Source: Candidatus Thermosaccharophagus tengchongensis
GTDB taxonomy: Bacteria > Armatimonadota > Fervidibacteria > Fervidibacterales > Thermosaccharophagaceae
Length of the DNA: 64,000 nt
Strand: one strand, 5' to 3'
Assembly: GCA_032161105.1 (NCBI GenBank)
Contig: JAVHTD010000011.1
Positions 30,901-39,800 of this stretch are shown here, piece after piece. Made by a program: the position numbers and the translations under genes. Each line of letters starts with the position of its first letter. Within the stretch, counting starts at the first letter, position 1. Under the pieces are notes generated by a model. It was not told where the DNA came from and did no database searches. It saw only the letters and a program-made list of their open reading frames with translations.

Positions 30901-31632
30901 ACAGACCCAGCAGCGCTGGTTATGGCTGGATGGGTGGCAACGATGCGCAATGACGCAAAAGCAGCGGGCTCGCACTTTGAAACGGCAATGGCAAGGTTAT
31001 CGGGAGTGAAGAACTTGACAGTCAGATGCGACCTGCTTGAGCTTGTCGGTGACGGCTTTGCGGCTTTGGGTGACAGCCAGAAGGCTGTATCGGCATACGA
31101 GGAGCTCATTCGCCTGCATCCGGCGAGGCTCTCAGCATACCGCAAGCTGGTTGCCATCCACATTCAAAGCGGCAACGCAAAGGCAGCTTTAGAAGCGGCA
31201 AAGCGAATGCTCGCATACTCACCGACCAACTCCGGAACGCTGTTCATCTACGCACAAGCGCTCGCATCATCCGGCGACTCGGCTCAGGCATTGAAGTGGA
31301 TTGATAGAGCAATCACAGTTGCGCAGGTTAATGCCGATACATCCCTCACGGAGTTGGGAGCTTACATGCTCATGAAAGCAAAGCTGCTTGAGGGATTGGG
31401 GAAGGAGGAGGAAGCTGTGAAGGTTTATCGTCAGGTCGCATTGGGTGCCGGGGTAAGGAAGGTTGTCCGCAGAGCCGCGATTGAGTGGCTGTGCAAATAC
31501 TACGAGGGGCGCGGCGATGTTGATGAACTTGCAGGTTGGCTCAGATGGCTCATGTGGGCAGCGCCGGAACTGCAAAAGGACATTGAGGGCAAACTCAAAG
31601 CCATTAAGAGCGCACCGCAGCTGAAGCAATAA
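27958..31632 (+). CDS. Large exported protein: STN-like domain + LolA/RseB-like region + extensive TPR repeats
   Basis: SD GGAGGTG precedes the ATG at 27958. Signal peptide, then ITVELKGATVGEAL...SFTEALELIC (STN-like), ELIKRVEDAWAKLKRFKC...SPDKALL (LolA-like) and many TPR units. Confidence 0.75.
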   Translation: MRWRMVCSPIALVAVVLATAALPKESLCADKGKEPAITVELKGATVGEALAMLSQQANAKVTLRGETTAKLNLSIRGRSFTEALELICRAAQCGYCLIGDEYIVMPLPKPDELIKRVEDAWAKLKRFKCTAVERLWDGINWGERKIELFLSSPDKALLRASSTTATEEIWSIQRGVTLRYLPQEHLAERWDENKLTRLGMMLGGPGNVACFGQAWKAALNEYQPVSVSLIAVRGKPAYLMTLKCIKPRTRYVLSHCDCGPYGLGFYCSPYMITVTEQPASVQLAFDVEALSLLHRAHVNEDGRVTGVATADTTQQMKDGIPLYRHYEIRDAANTHIGDFIYTSFDELTDDGATEFELPQDAVIMDAELRSAREYRDDIKRADNANLRFNLARLHLLKLGDADEAITHIQAAINRNPQAPQLWLTYARACMSAYRYDDAENALRKAVELSPKSVEAHLMLAGVLSAMGRLNEAVDLLRAACGNVDRKSASKLLQQEAACLELLGKLGEARKVYLSLLSMPDADTNAAIASVERLLSIARHDGDFASLAKEAKELSARQPSPFLHLLLMQVALELGDADGANEYHAALVRMHPYNLPLRLSVANAFMMHGMLNEAEAEYSAVVALHPLSPHASVARRQLSAIAIRRGQYAQAFGWLLAVERWLDGYADMLDTVRSFEETFMRHFSADALQAYAEACIERGMHREIIYTLITDLYHLAADYSGTLTWARRGTARYPNNIWLKRAEVQALRDAKKWRDLEIVLRRECERNRTQPYFHAERIWLYYRWRTSLSLPRDRSEFATVLRSERNSREEFLQRFGDVPLSRLVYGIALANDVASFQSPPFDALSMLEDALNSRMPDGDIGDVIVTLRRALASCYGRTGKWASARAQYRALMRLINDEFELAALAREWMMGEVSRKRFNEALLSVHATMSGCEPISVKRALLTALTELMVIPPDVMPLQRQLFEADVNERLSIMQQWLNQNGTDPAALVMAGWVATMRNDAKAAGSHFETAMARLSGVKNLTVRCDLLELVGDGFAALGDSQKAVSAYEELIRLHPARLSAYRKLVAIHIQSGNAKAALEAAKRMLAYSPTNSGTLFIYAQALASSGDSAQALKWIDRAITVAQVNADTSLTELGAYMLMKAKLLEGLGKEEEAVKVYRQVALGAGVRKVVRRAAIEWLCKYYEGRGDVDELAGWLRWLMWAAPELQKDIEGKLKAIKSAPQLKQ

Positions 31633-31705
31633 GCCAAAGGCAACACAGCCACATGCCGGCGTTGTGTCATCCCCATGTGCTCCGAAACGCAACTCTTGAA
31701 AGACA

Positions 31706-32389
31706 TCAAACTCTCTCAAGGAGCACGACCCACTTATCTGAAAGGAACGGTGCATACGGGCGAGTTGAGAAGACAGAACGCACCCTCAAACCAGCCTCAT
31801 GGACGAGCTCTATCAGGTCTTGCTTGCTAAAGCGATATTTGAGTTCGCTCATCAAGCCGAGTTTATGGCGCAGCCAGTGCAACAGGTATCGCACTGTGTA
31901 GCGATGCCTGAACTCAACGATGACCCAACGCGCACTCACACGCTTCATTTCGCTGAGGATGCGCAGCTGAATTTCCCTCGGCACATGAAACATGAACCTG
32001 ATGCAGATGACGGCATCAAATGCTTCGTCCTTAAACGGCAACCTCTCAGCATCACACACGACCAAGCCGATTAGCCCATCAATATGCGGCTTCGGTTTGC
32101 GCGATGCTTCAAGCAGCATGGCATGTGATATGTCCGAACCAACAAACTTTATTCCCTCTTGTGAGAGCAATTGAAAGACACGCCCAGTGCCACACGGCAC
32201 ATCCAAAGCGAAGCGAATCGGCGTGCCAAGCGAGTTGGCATACCTTATAGCTCGCCTTATGGCGGCAATATCGCGCATGTGGCGCATGCGCCCAAACAGC
32301 CCGCCAAAGCGCCTCACCTCGTATTCCCTCGCAACAATCCCATCACGGTAGTGCCACTTGCGCCTGCAGTAGTGCTCAATGCTTTCCAC
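31706..32389 (-). CDS. Class I SAM-dependent methyltransferase (type 11)
   Basis: LDVPCGTGR, GSDISHAML and DAERLPFKDEAFDAVIC. The start is uncertain (frame open to 32569). Confidence 0.85.
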   Translation of the reverse strand: MESIEHYCRRKWHYRDGIVAREYEVRRFGGLFGRMRHMRDIAAIRRAIRYANSLGTPIRFALDVPCGTGRVFQLLSQEGIKFVGSDISHAMLLEASRKPKPHIDGLIGLVVCDAERLPFKDEAFDAVICIRFMFHVPREIQLRILSEMKRVSARWVIVEFRHRYTVRYLLHWLRHKLGLMSELKYRFSKQDLIELVHEAGLRVRSVFSTRPYAPFLSDKWVVLLERV

Positions 32390-32495
32390 GCTCGCCCACC
32401 TTGCCCAATTTGTTGTGTTGAGGTTATCACTGTGAACGCTATCCCAATTTGCCTTCCGCTCAACTTCATGTGAGCCACATTGCAAAAGCGTAAAC

Positions 32496-33368
32496 TCAAG
32501 TTGACTTCCCCCGCACAACGCGAGCCTCAATTGCCGATGGAAGCCGGCGTGGCATTCGCATTGAAGCACCCCTCATTTGCCCATCGCGACTTTCCACCCA
32601 GAGCGCCTTCTTCCACACGCGCTTTATCAGGGCTATATCACTCGGCTCAAGCCTGCTGCGCATTGCATATGCGAGATAGAAGCGAAGCCTATCAACATCG
32701 GACAGCGGCACATGATGGTAACTTGATAGCAGGAGCTTAGCCAAATCCTTTATCATCGCCCTGCGCCAAAACCTCGGTCGGACAAGCCTATCAAGGTCAA
32801 GCAGGATTAGTTCGTATTCACCGTCGCCATGCGGGCGCACGGCAATGTGATACAGGAACAAGTCCTGATGGAATAGCCCAAGCGAATGCAACTTTGATAC
32901 AAGCGTTGCAAGTTGCAAGATGAGTTTCCGCCTAACCATTTGCCCCGGCAGCGGTGATGCAATCTCACCCCTGAGAAACTCATCAAGCCTGAGCGCATCA
33001 ACCCCCTCAGTCAAAAGGAAAGCCTCATTAAATCCCATTCGCCATCTTGAGCCAGCCGCAACTGGTTTCGCTGTCGCTATTCCGAGCGAGTTAAGAAGCA
33101 TGATATTGCGCAGCTCTTTTAAGCCATAAAATCCGAGCGTGCCACCGCGCAAGATGGCGCTCAAAAAATCCCAAAGCGATGCCCATCTCCTCTTGAGGTA
33201 AAACGAAACACCGTCAACCTCGAATGAGCACACCTCTTTCCTGCCGCGCCTTTTGACCAGCTTACCGCCGAAGCTCATGAAGGAGTCAAACGATGTTAAC
33301 CCGCACTTGCTCAGCAGCTCAACATAAGCCTCATCAACAAGCATCCCATCGTAAGAGCGCATCGGCAT
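32496..33368 (-). CDS. Lipopolysaccharide kinase, InaA/WaaP/Kdo family
   Basis: FYLKR, ELRNI..L..LGI, LHSLGLFHQDLFLYHI, LLDLDR and DLAKL. Confidence 0.85.
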   Translation of the reverse strand: MPMRSYDGMLVDEAYVELLSKCGLTSFDSFMSFGGKLVKRRGRKEVCSFEVDGVSFYLKRRWASLWDFLSAILRGGTLGFYGLKELRNIMLLNSLGIATAKPVAAGSRWRMGFNEAFLLTEGVDALRLDEFLRGEIASPLPGQMVRRKLILQLATLVSKLHSLGLFHQDLFLYHIAVRPHGDGEYELILLDLDRLVRPRFWRRAMIKDLAKLLLSSYHHVPLSDVDRLRFYLAYAMRSRLEPSDIALIKRVWKKALWVESRDGQMRGASMRMPRRLPSAIEARVVRGKST

Positions 33369-33714
33369 GCCACATCACCATCAAACACCAGCAACAGGTT
33401 CACAAACTCAAAACCGCATGCCGCAACGGATGCCGCCGACACTCACATGCAATGCCCAATATACACCCGCTCAGGCAGCGCTGTTGAAGCGTTACCAGAC
33501 GATGCCATCAAATGGAGTTTGACACCGTCTTAGCGCTCTGGAAACAGAATGCACAACTTGCCATCGCCATCAAACACGCTTGAGGCAAACTGAGCAATTG
33601 GGCACGCGATGGGTGAGCACAATTGCGTCATTCCAACTGGCGTGCCAATGGAGAAACCTTTGTCGTGCCATGGATGTGCTTCCGACAACGCAGCAGTGTT
33701 GATGGTGATTTGCA

Positions 33715-35133
33715 ATGGAGCGCTACAGGGACATCATCCCAAACTATGAAGAGTTTCTTCGTGTCGCAATGGAGCCGATGCCGACGACGGTCAGAGTCAA
33801 CCTGCTCAGGATATCCGTTGAAGAGTTGATGAGCAGGTTCGCAGCGAAAGGGTTCAAAGTTGAGCGCTCTCAATGGTGCCCTTACTTGCTCACGCTTCAT
33901 GGCGATATACCCGTCGGTTCAACGATTGAGCATTGGCTTGGTCTTTGCTACATTCAGGAGGCTACCTCGCTCATTGCTCCGTTGGCTTTATCACCGAAGC
34001 CGAAAGATGTGGTGCTTGACTTGTGCGCAGCACCAGGCGGAAAGACCACGCACATTGCAATGCTCATGAACGGCACTGGAACAATTGTTGCCAATGACCC
34101 AAATGCAAAGCGCCTGAGGGCTTTGGCGAGCAACCTATACAAGTTGAGCGTCACAAATTGCATCATCACCGAATACAACGGGACGCGCTTTCCGCTCTCG
34201 GAACTCAAATTTGACTGTGCACTCGTTGATGCACCATGTTCAGCTGAGGGTAATTTGCGCAAGTCACCACAGAGGCGCTCTGGGACGAGCGTGAGCTATT
34301 CAAGACGCATGAGCGGGATACAGAAGGCTTTGCTGCTGCGCGCAATTGATTCGGTCAAAGCCGGCGGCGTTGTAGTCTACTCAACATGCACATTTGCGCC
34401 AGAGGAAAACGAGATGGTAGTTCAACATGCGCTTAACAAGCGCGATGTCAAAATTGAGCCAGTTGAAATTGAAGCGCCCCACTCACCCGGATTGACAAAG
34501 TGGGATGGCGTTTCCTTTCACAGCGACATGCAATATGCGATTCGCATATACCCACACCATTTCAACTCCGGTGGTGGCTTCGTAGCACGCTTGAGAAAAA
34601 TCGGCGATGGCAAAAGTGAGCCACATAGCGATAATACATTCCACCACAAAATGCGCAGGCAAGTGCAAATGGCAAAGCCCGACACCATCAATTCACTCAT
34701 CGGTTACTTCAACGAGCGCTTCGGCATACCAACATTCGTCTTTGATGGGCTTAATTTTGTTGAGTCCGCAGACAGCATATGGGTGACCAGTGCTGACTTG
34801 AGCTGCGCGGATGTGCTTGGCAAAGTTTCATCCATCGGGATGCGCCTTGCGCACATCATGGACGGCAGGTTCAAACCAACAAGCTACGCCCTCATGTGGT
34901 TACAACCGCACATTAAGTCTGGCATCATCAGCGTTACTTTGGATGAGCTGGTGAAGCTGCTCCTTGGTCAATCAGTCAAATTGCGTTCCGACAATACGAG
35001 GGGCTTCGTCGCCATAGCTTTTGAAGGCGACATACTCGGCTGTGGCTTCTTCACAGGCGATGAGCTGCGCTGCGAAATGCCAAAGGGCAGAAGGGCAGAA
35101 TTGCTTGATGTGCTACACTGTGAACGCCGCTAA
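33715..35133 (+). CDS. RsmB/NOP/RsmF-family RNA cytosine-C5 methyltransferase
   Basis: YIQEATS, LDLCAAPGGKT, VDAPCS, YSTCTFAPEENE and a C-terminal PUA-like region. Confidence 0.92.
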   Translation: MERYRDIIPNYEEFLRVAMEPMPTTVRVNLLRISVEELMSRFAAKGFKVERSQWCPYLLTLHGDIPVGSTIEHWLGLCYIQEATSLIAPLALSPKPKDVVLDLCAAPGGKTTHIAMLMNGTGTIVANDPNAKRLRALASNLYKLSVTNCIITEYNGTRFPLSELKFDCALVDAPCSAEGNLRKSPQRRSGTSVSYSRRMSGIQKALLLRAIDSVKAGGVVVYSTCTFAPEENEMVVQHALNKRDVKIEPVEIEAPHSPGLTKWDGVSFHSDMQYAIRIYPHHFNSGGGFVARLRKIGDGKSEPHSDNTFHHKMRRQVQMAKPDTINSLIGYFNERFGIPTFVFDGLNFVESADSIWVTSADLSCADVLGKVSSIGMRLAHIMDGRFKPTSYALMWLQPHIKSGIISVTLDELVKLLLGQSVKLRSDNTRGFVAIAFEGDILGCGFFTGDELRCEMPKGRRAELLDVLHCERR

Positions 35134-35135
35134 CT

Positions 35136-35408
35136 GTAGTGGCGGACGATAGTCCGCCAGAAATCGCTCCTTACACCGTATGCCACCAAGCAATAGCGAA
35201 GTGGCGTTAGTCGTAACTCCGTTCGTAGTAAGCCACGAAGCGATAGCGAAGTGGCGTTCATCGTGACTCACTGACGGCACTCCACTTCGTTGCGTGCCTC
35301 ACTACGAACCTTATAACCGTTCGTAGTAAGCCACAAAGCGATAGCGAAGTGGCGTTCGTCACGACATCGCTGACGGCACTCCACTTCGTTCCGTGCCTTA
35401 CTACGAAC
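35136..35408. repeat. Cluster of REP/REPIN-like palindromic repeats
   Basis: A GTAG-tagged hairpin GTAG-TGGCGGAC-gata-GTCCGCCA (35136-35159), a partial unit at 35182, and two ~90-bp units (35221-35309, 35319-35408) each bounded by GTTCGTAGT...ACTACGAAC inverted ends. Confidence 0.85.
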
Positions 35409-35457
35409 TTCTGATCCATTGTCTGTTTGCTGTCTGTTTGCGTGGGCGGACGACGGC

Positions 35458-36789
35458 TTACCTGAAACTATTCCTTCGGGTGGCTCCTTTCAAACCCAAA
35501 ACCACCTTCGGACAAAAATCAACTTTAACCCTCACCACTCCACCTTTCGGCTCCAAAGTTTGCGCTTCGCCTTTGTGATTGACAACTGTAACGGTTCGTT
35601 CTGCCGCTAAATGGATGAGCACAACTTTGCCCTTCACTTCCGTCCAAACTGTCGCCAAGTGATCGCCATGGCGATGACGGAAAAGGTAAACAGTCAAGTC
35701 ACTATCGCCCAAATCAATCTTGCGGACAAAACTTGCGCCATCAAGGTAAGTCGCAGCGACACGACATTCCGTTTGCACATCGGGGCGGTAACCGATGCTG
35801 CTTTTGTCGTAGTTCCACGAAAACAAAAACACCTTCTCACAGCCCAAAGCCAGCGAATGGGCAATCGCTTTCAAAGGCGAAAGGCGCAAGCCACCTTCAG
35901 TTCGCATGTGAGTCGTTGCACCATCGGGCAAGTAATCGCAAGTGATGCCAGCGCCTTGCTCCGTGTTCCAAATTGGCTTGGCAATTTTTGCCTCCTTCAT
36001 TGCACGCAAGTAATCTTCCATGCCTCCCGCATGCTGAGGTGGAGCCAACGGATAATGAACGCTTAGAACATCAAACAAGTCGGGGCGATGAACCAACTTC
36101 CTCAGGACATCGCTGAGACCACGAAAGAGTTCGCCGGCGACGATGACAGCGTTTGGCTGCACCGACCGAATTGCCTCAGCCGTCCAATCCAGATAAGCCA
36201 TGTAGTCATCGGCGGAACCGCGAAAGAAACCACCACCGTCAGGTTCGTTGCCAATCTGCCACGATTGACAATAAGCGCCGTAGCGACGGACAACTTGTTT
36301 AACGACTTCCTGCCATTTTTCTTTGTCTCTCGGTGGCGTTAAATTGAGCGTTTCATCCCAATCGGCATGAGCACCTTTAGGGTCACGAGAAATCCAATCG
36401 GCTTGACCGAGAAATTTGAGCAAGATACGCAGACCTGACTGGTGCAGCGTTTTCAAGGCGATTTCAAAGTTGCCGTAATTGAAATTGTAAACGCCCTCGC
36501 TGGGGTTGATTCGGCTGAGCGGAATATCTGTTTGAACCCAACCAAAGCCCGCTTTTTTGATAGCAGAGGCGAAATCTGGCAACTGGTATGGTCCTTTGGG
36601 TAGCAAGATGCAAACTCCGAGCATTGGCGTCTGAGCCTGTTGAGCCGGCTTTAACGGTTGATACTGCACTCCCAACGCTATTTGTTTCCCAATCACAATT
36701 CGCTGCTTTTGACAAGAAGCGAATATAACGATGAAAGCGGGCAACGCCATGAAAATCGCTTTGAGCCTCATGTCCATTGCCTCCATCAA
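35458..36789 (-). CDS. Clan GH-A glycoside hydrolase (GH39/GH5-like), probable lipoprotein
   Basis: Lipobox-like FASC, acid/base WQIGNEPD, SVHY and nucleophile KPIWNTEQG. Confidence 0.8.
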   Translation of the reverse strand: MMEAMDMRLKAIFMALPAFIVIFASCQKQRIVIGKQIALGVQYQPLKPAQQAQTPMLGVCILLPKGPYQLPDFASAIKKAGFGWVQTDIPLSRINPSEGVYNFNYGNFEIALKTLHQSGLRILLKFLGQADWISRDPKGAHADWDETLNLTPPRDKEKWQEVVKQVVRRYGAYCQSWQIGNEPDGGGFFRGSADDYMAYLDWTAEAIRSVQPNAVIVAGELFRGLSDVLRKLVHRPDLFDVLSVHYPLAPPQHAGGMEDYLRAMKEAKIAKPIWNTEQGAGITCDYLPDGATTHMRTEGGLRLSPLKAIAHSLALGCEKVFLFSWNYDKSSIGYRPDVQTECRVAATYLDGASFVRKIDLGDSDLTVYLFRHRHGDHLATVWTEVKGKVVLIHLAAERTVTVVNHKGEAQTLEPKGGVVRVKVDFCPKVVLGLKGATRRNSFR

Positions 36790-36814
36790 AGTTTGCGATT
36801 GTTGCCCTCAAGTT

Positions 36815-39800
36815 TTAGGGTGGGCTGAGCCATAGGCAGCCTGAGTTGGCTCCTCCTGCCCAGCGCAGAACCGAAGTGGTCGGTTTTCCCGCTTCCTCGT
36901 CCACATCAATGTAGCACACATCAAAGCCGATAACATCGTTAGGCACAAGTGTCCACGAAAAAGGTAGCCACCTCAGTTGCACTTCCAGAATCCAACCGTC
37001 AGTTTGCTTGCGAACGACACCACAACTCAACAAAGATTGCCACTCGCCTTCTCTCAACGAGATGGTGGCAAGGGGCAGTGGCGAAACAGTTGGCTGATGG
37101 CTGACACAAATTTTCAAGGTGTCGCCTTTCATCGGTTGGTCATCAAAGATGCGGGCAGCAAGATACAAATTTCCTTCCTCCCAACCACACCAAAAGGCGA
37201 CGCGTGCATCGGCAAATTCTGGATCGCTCAAAAACTCCTTCAAGTGTTCGCCGCCTCCCTCCACCTGTTCCAACCATCGCCCAAATCTCGCCCACGAAAA
37301 ACTGTAGTCAAGCCACGCTGGCGAGCGCTCTCGCCATTCACTCAAATCACCGTCCAATTTTGGCGTCAACTTTGGTGCGAGGACGATCCAAAGCGTGTCA
37401 AAGATGCCGCCAACGACTTTTTCGCCCTGCAGCAACCAAACATACAACTGGGCGTTCTCCAGCGGATGGCGCAACAATTTGCGGTTAAGCACACTCTCAA
37501 ATCGGACAGAAAAACCATCGCCGTGCCGAAGAAGGATTGGGTGACGCCGCTTTAAAAGCAACCACTGGTTGTCAGTCATGAGTTGACCGAGCGCCGTGCC
37601 CAACTCAATAGTGGTAGTTTTTGGTCGTTGCTTTTCATCGCCCAACCATCGCCCGTAAACCAACAAGTCCAGCCGTTCGGGATTTTCTCTGTTAGGCAAA
37701 ACCGTTATGCCCCCATAAGCTAAGTTAGGCGAAATGTAGGCATTGCGCAAAATTCTTTCCAACTCCGACCTTGACAATCGCTCGTTCCAGATGAACAAAG
37801 GCATGGGCATCAACTTGACATTGACGAATTCCCCTTTGCTTTCAACAAATTTCCACGCATTGCTGAAACAATCGGTGAAGCGGACAGCGCCTTTAGGTAA
37901 GTTGCGAAAAGTTACTGTGCGAACGGGTGACTGGGATGTTTGAGGCGTCGTGACATTGTGCCCGTAAAGTCCCGAAGGGGCATTTGACCAAGTGACGGCG
38001 TGGACACGACCGCCTTGCTCAAATAGGAAGGCAATGACACCACTATCGCCTGCAGCAACTTCCCCCATTTTCACCTCACCCGCTGGAACAGCATTTGCCA
38101 ACAGTCGCCCGATGCTCGCATAGACTGTGCCGAAAGGAAGCGGTGTTCCATCGTAGTCAATGAGTGGGAAATCGCTTGTTCGGTGCGTGCCGTTGTTTCG
38201 GATGCGACCCGTATAATGTCCAACAACTTTCGCATCTTGCACAATGCACAACTTGACCAACTCCTGCGCTGCCATCGCTGCTTCAAGCAAGGCTGGGCGT
38301 GCATGTGGAAGTGTGTGATAGAAAGTTGGTTGCCCGTCCAACCCGACACCGATGCAGAACCAAGGTTTCCTCCATCGCTCTTGCAACCAACGAATTTTGC
38401 GGGCTTCCCAATAGGAAGCACCCCAAGAAGATGAACCAATGAAATCAACTTGCCCTTCCAACAATTCCAGCAACTCTTCATGATATTGCGGACACATACT
38501 CGTTCCAACTTGCAAATTAGCGTCAACGCTTTTAACGGATTCATAGGAGGCACGAAAGATTGGGACAAAATCGGATGGTGTAAAGTAAAGTTCCGTCTCA
38601 TCTTCAACGCACCAAAACTTAAGCCATTTACGGTAATGGCGAACAAGGGTTGAAACATACTCTCGCCACTTGGCGATGTCAGGGTAAACGGGTCGGTCTT
38701 TGGCGAAGTAGCGTTGAGTGTTGCGGGTGACACCCATCGTTTCACCAGGGACTTTCGTCCAGTCGGCGAAGAAAGGGCGTGGCTGCGATGCCCAAAGACA
38801 AGGCAAAGTGAGCAAACCAAACTTCCCCGCCATTGCCACCTGTTCATCAAACCATTGCCACTCGCCTTCCTTCGGGTTGGCTCGGTCAGGAAAGGTTGGG
38901 TAGAACTTGCAGTAAAGTTGCCAACGAAAGCCCATGAGCGAAAAGAGCCTATAGGGATGTTCAAGGACATCCATGTTCGCTGCCAGTTCGTGCCGAACTT
39001 TTCCCTTTGGCATTGGTGGCAAAATGACAAAAACCAATTCCCCTTCAGGCATCTTATGCCCATCAATTGCCCACTGCAAACTGAATATGCCAAAGCCAAT
39101 TTTTGGCGCATCGGCTTGTGCTCCCGACAATGGGAATGGCAACCGCAAAGTCGCCTTTGACTTGACGGCTATTGGCTTCGTTTTCCCTTCAGTGACAACT
39201 TCTTCCCAAAGGTTAACAATCCGATAGCGAACCGAAACTTGCCTTGTCTTTTCTCCGTCGTTGTGGAGCCACAAAATCAGGTTTCGTTTGTCCTTGCCCC
39301 ACAAAACCACATTGCCCAACTCTCCCGTTGAAAATCCCGCTTCAACCTCCGCTCGTGTTGCGAAAGGCGAAAGTTCGTCATACTCCAACTGGACGGCATC
39401 AACCCAAAGGGTTTCACTGTTCTCAATCCTGACATCAACGAAGCCTCTTGGCACATCGCCGCTGACGGAAAATCGCTGCCACTTCTCAGCCACTTGACAA
39501 TCCATCGTTAGAAGTGGTTTGTATTCTGGCACGGAGCGCAAAATCACGGGCACAGTTTGTGGCTTCTCGCTGCGCAGGAAGAGCGAAAGGGTAACCTTGC
39601 CACCCTTTTCCAGCCAAAATGGGCGAGAAAATGGCTTGGCTTTTGCGGGCACTCGCAGGCAAAATCTCCCGTGGGCTGGATTTCGGTTGTCCAAATCGGC
39701 ATCAGTAAAGATGTAGCAGTAGGTGTAATCCACATTCGTCGCTGCCCAACCATTCGGCATCCCTAACTCAAAACTTCCATTGGGGAACAAGTTCTTTCGC

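Noticed and set aside
35182..35408. CRISPR array (three copies of GCCAC.AAGC.ATAGCGAAGTGGCGTT)
   Set aside because: The intervening sequences are of very unequal length and are themselves repeated and palindromic, and there are no cas genes. REP-like units explain it better.
38071..39111. 346-aa same-strand alternative-frame ORF nested in the 1242-aa gene
   Set aside because: No recognisable motifs, composition typical of a shadow frame, and the main frame is uninterrupted.
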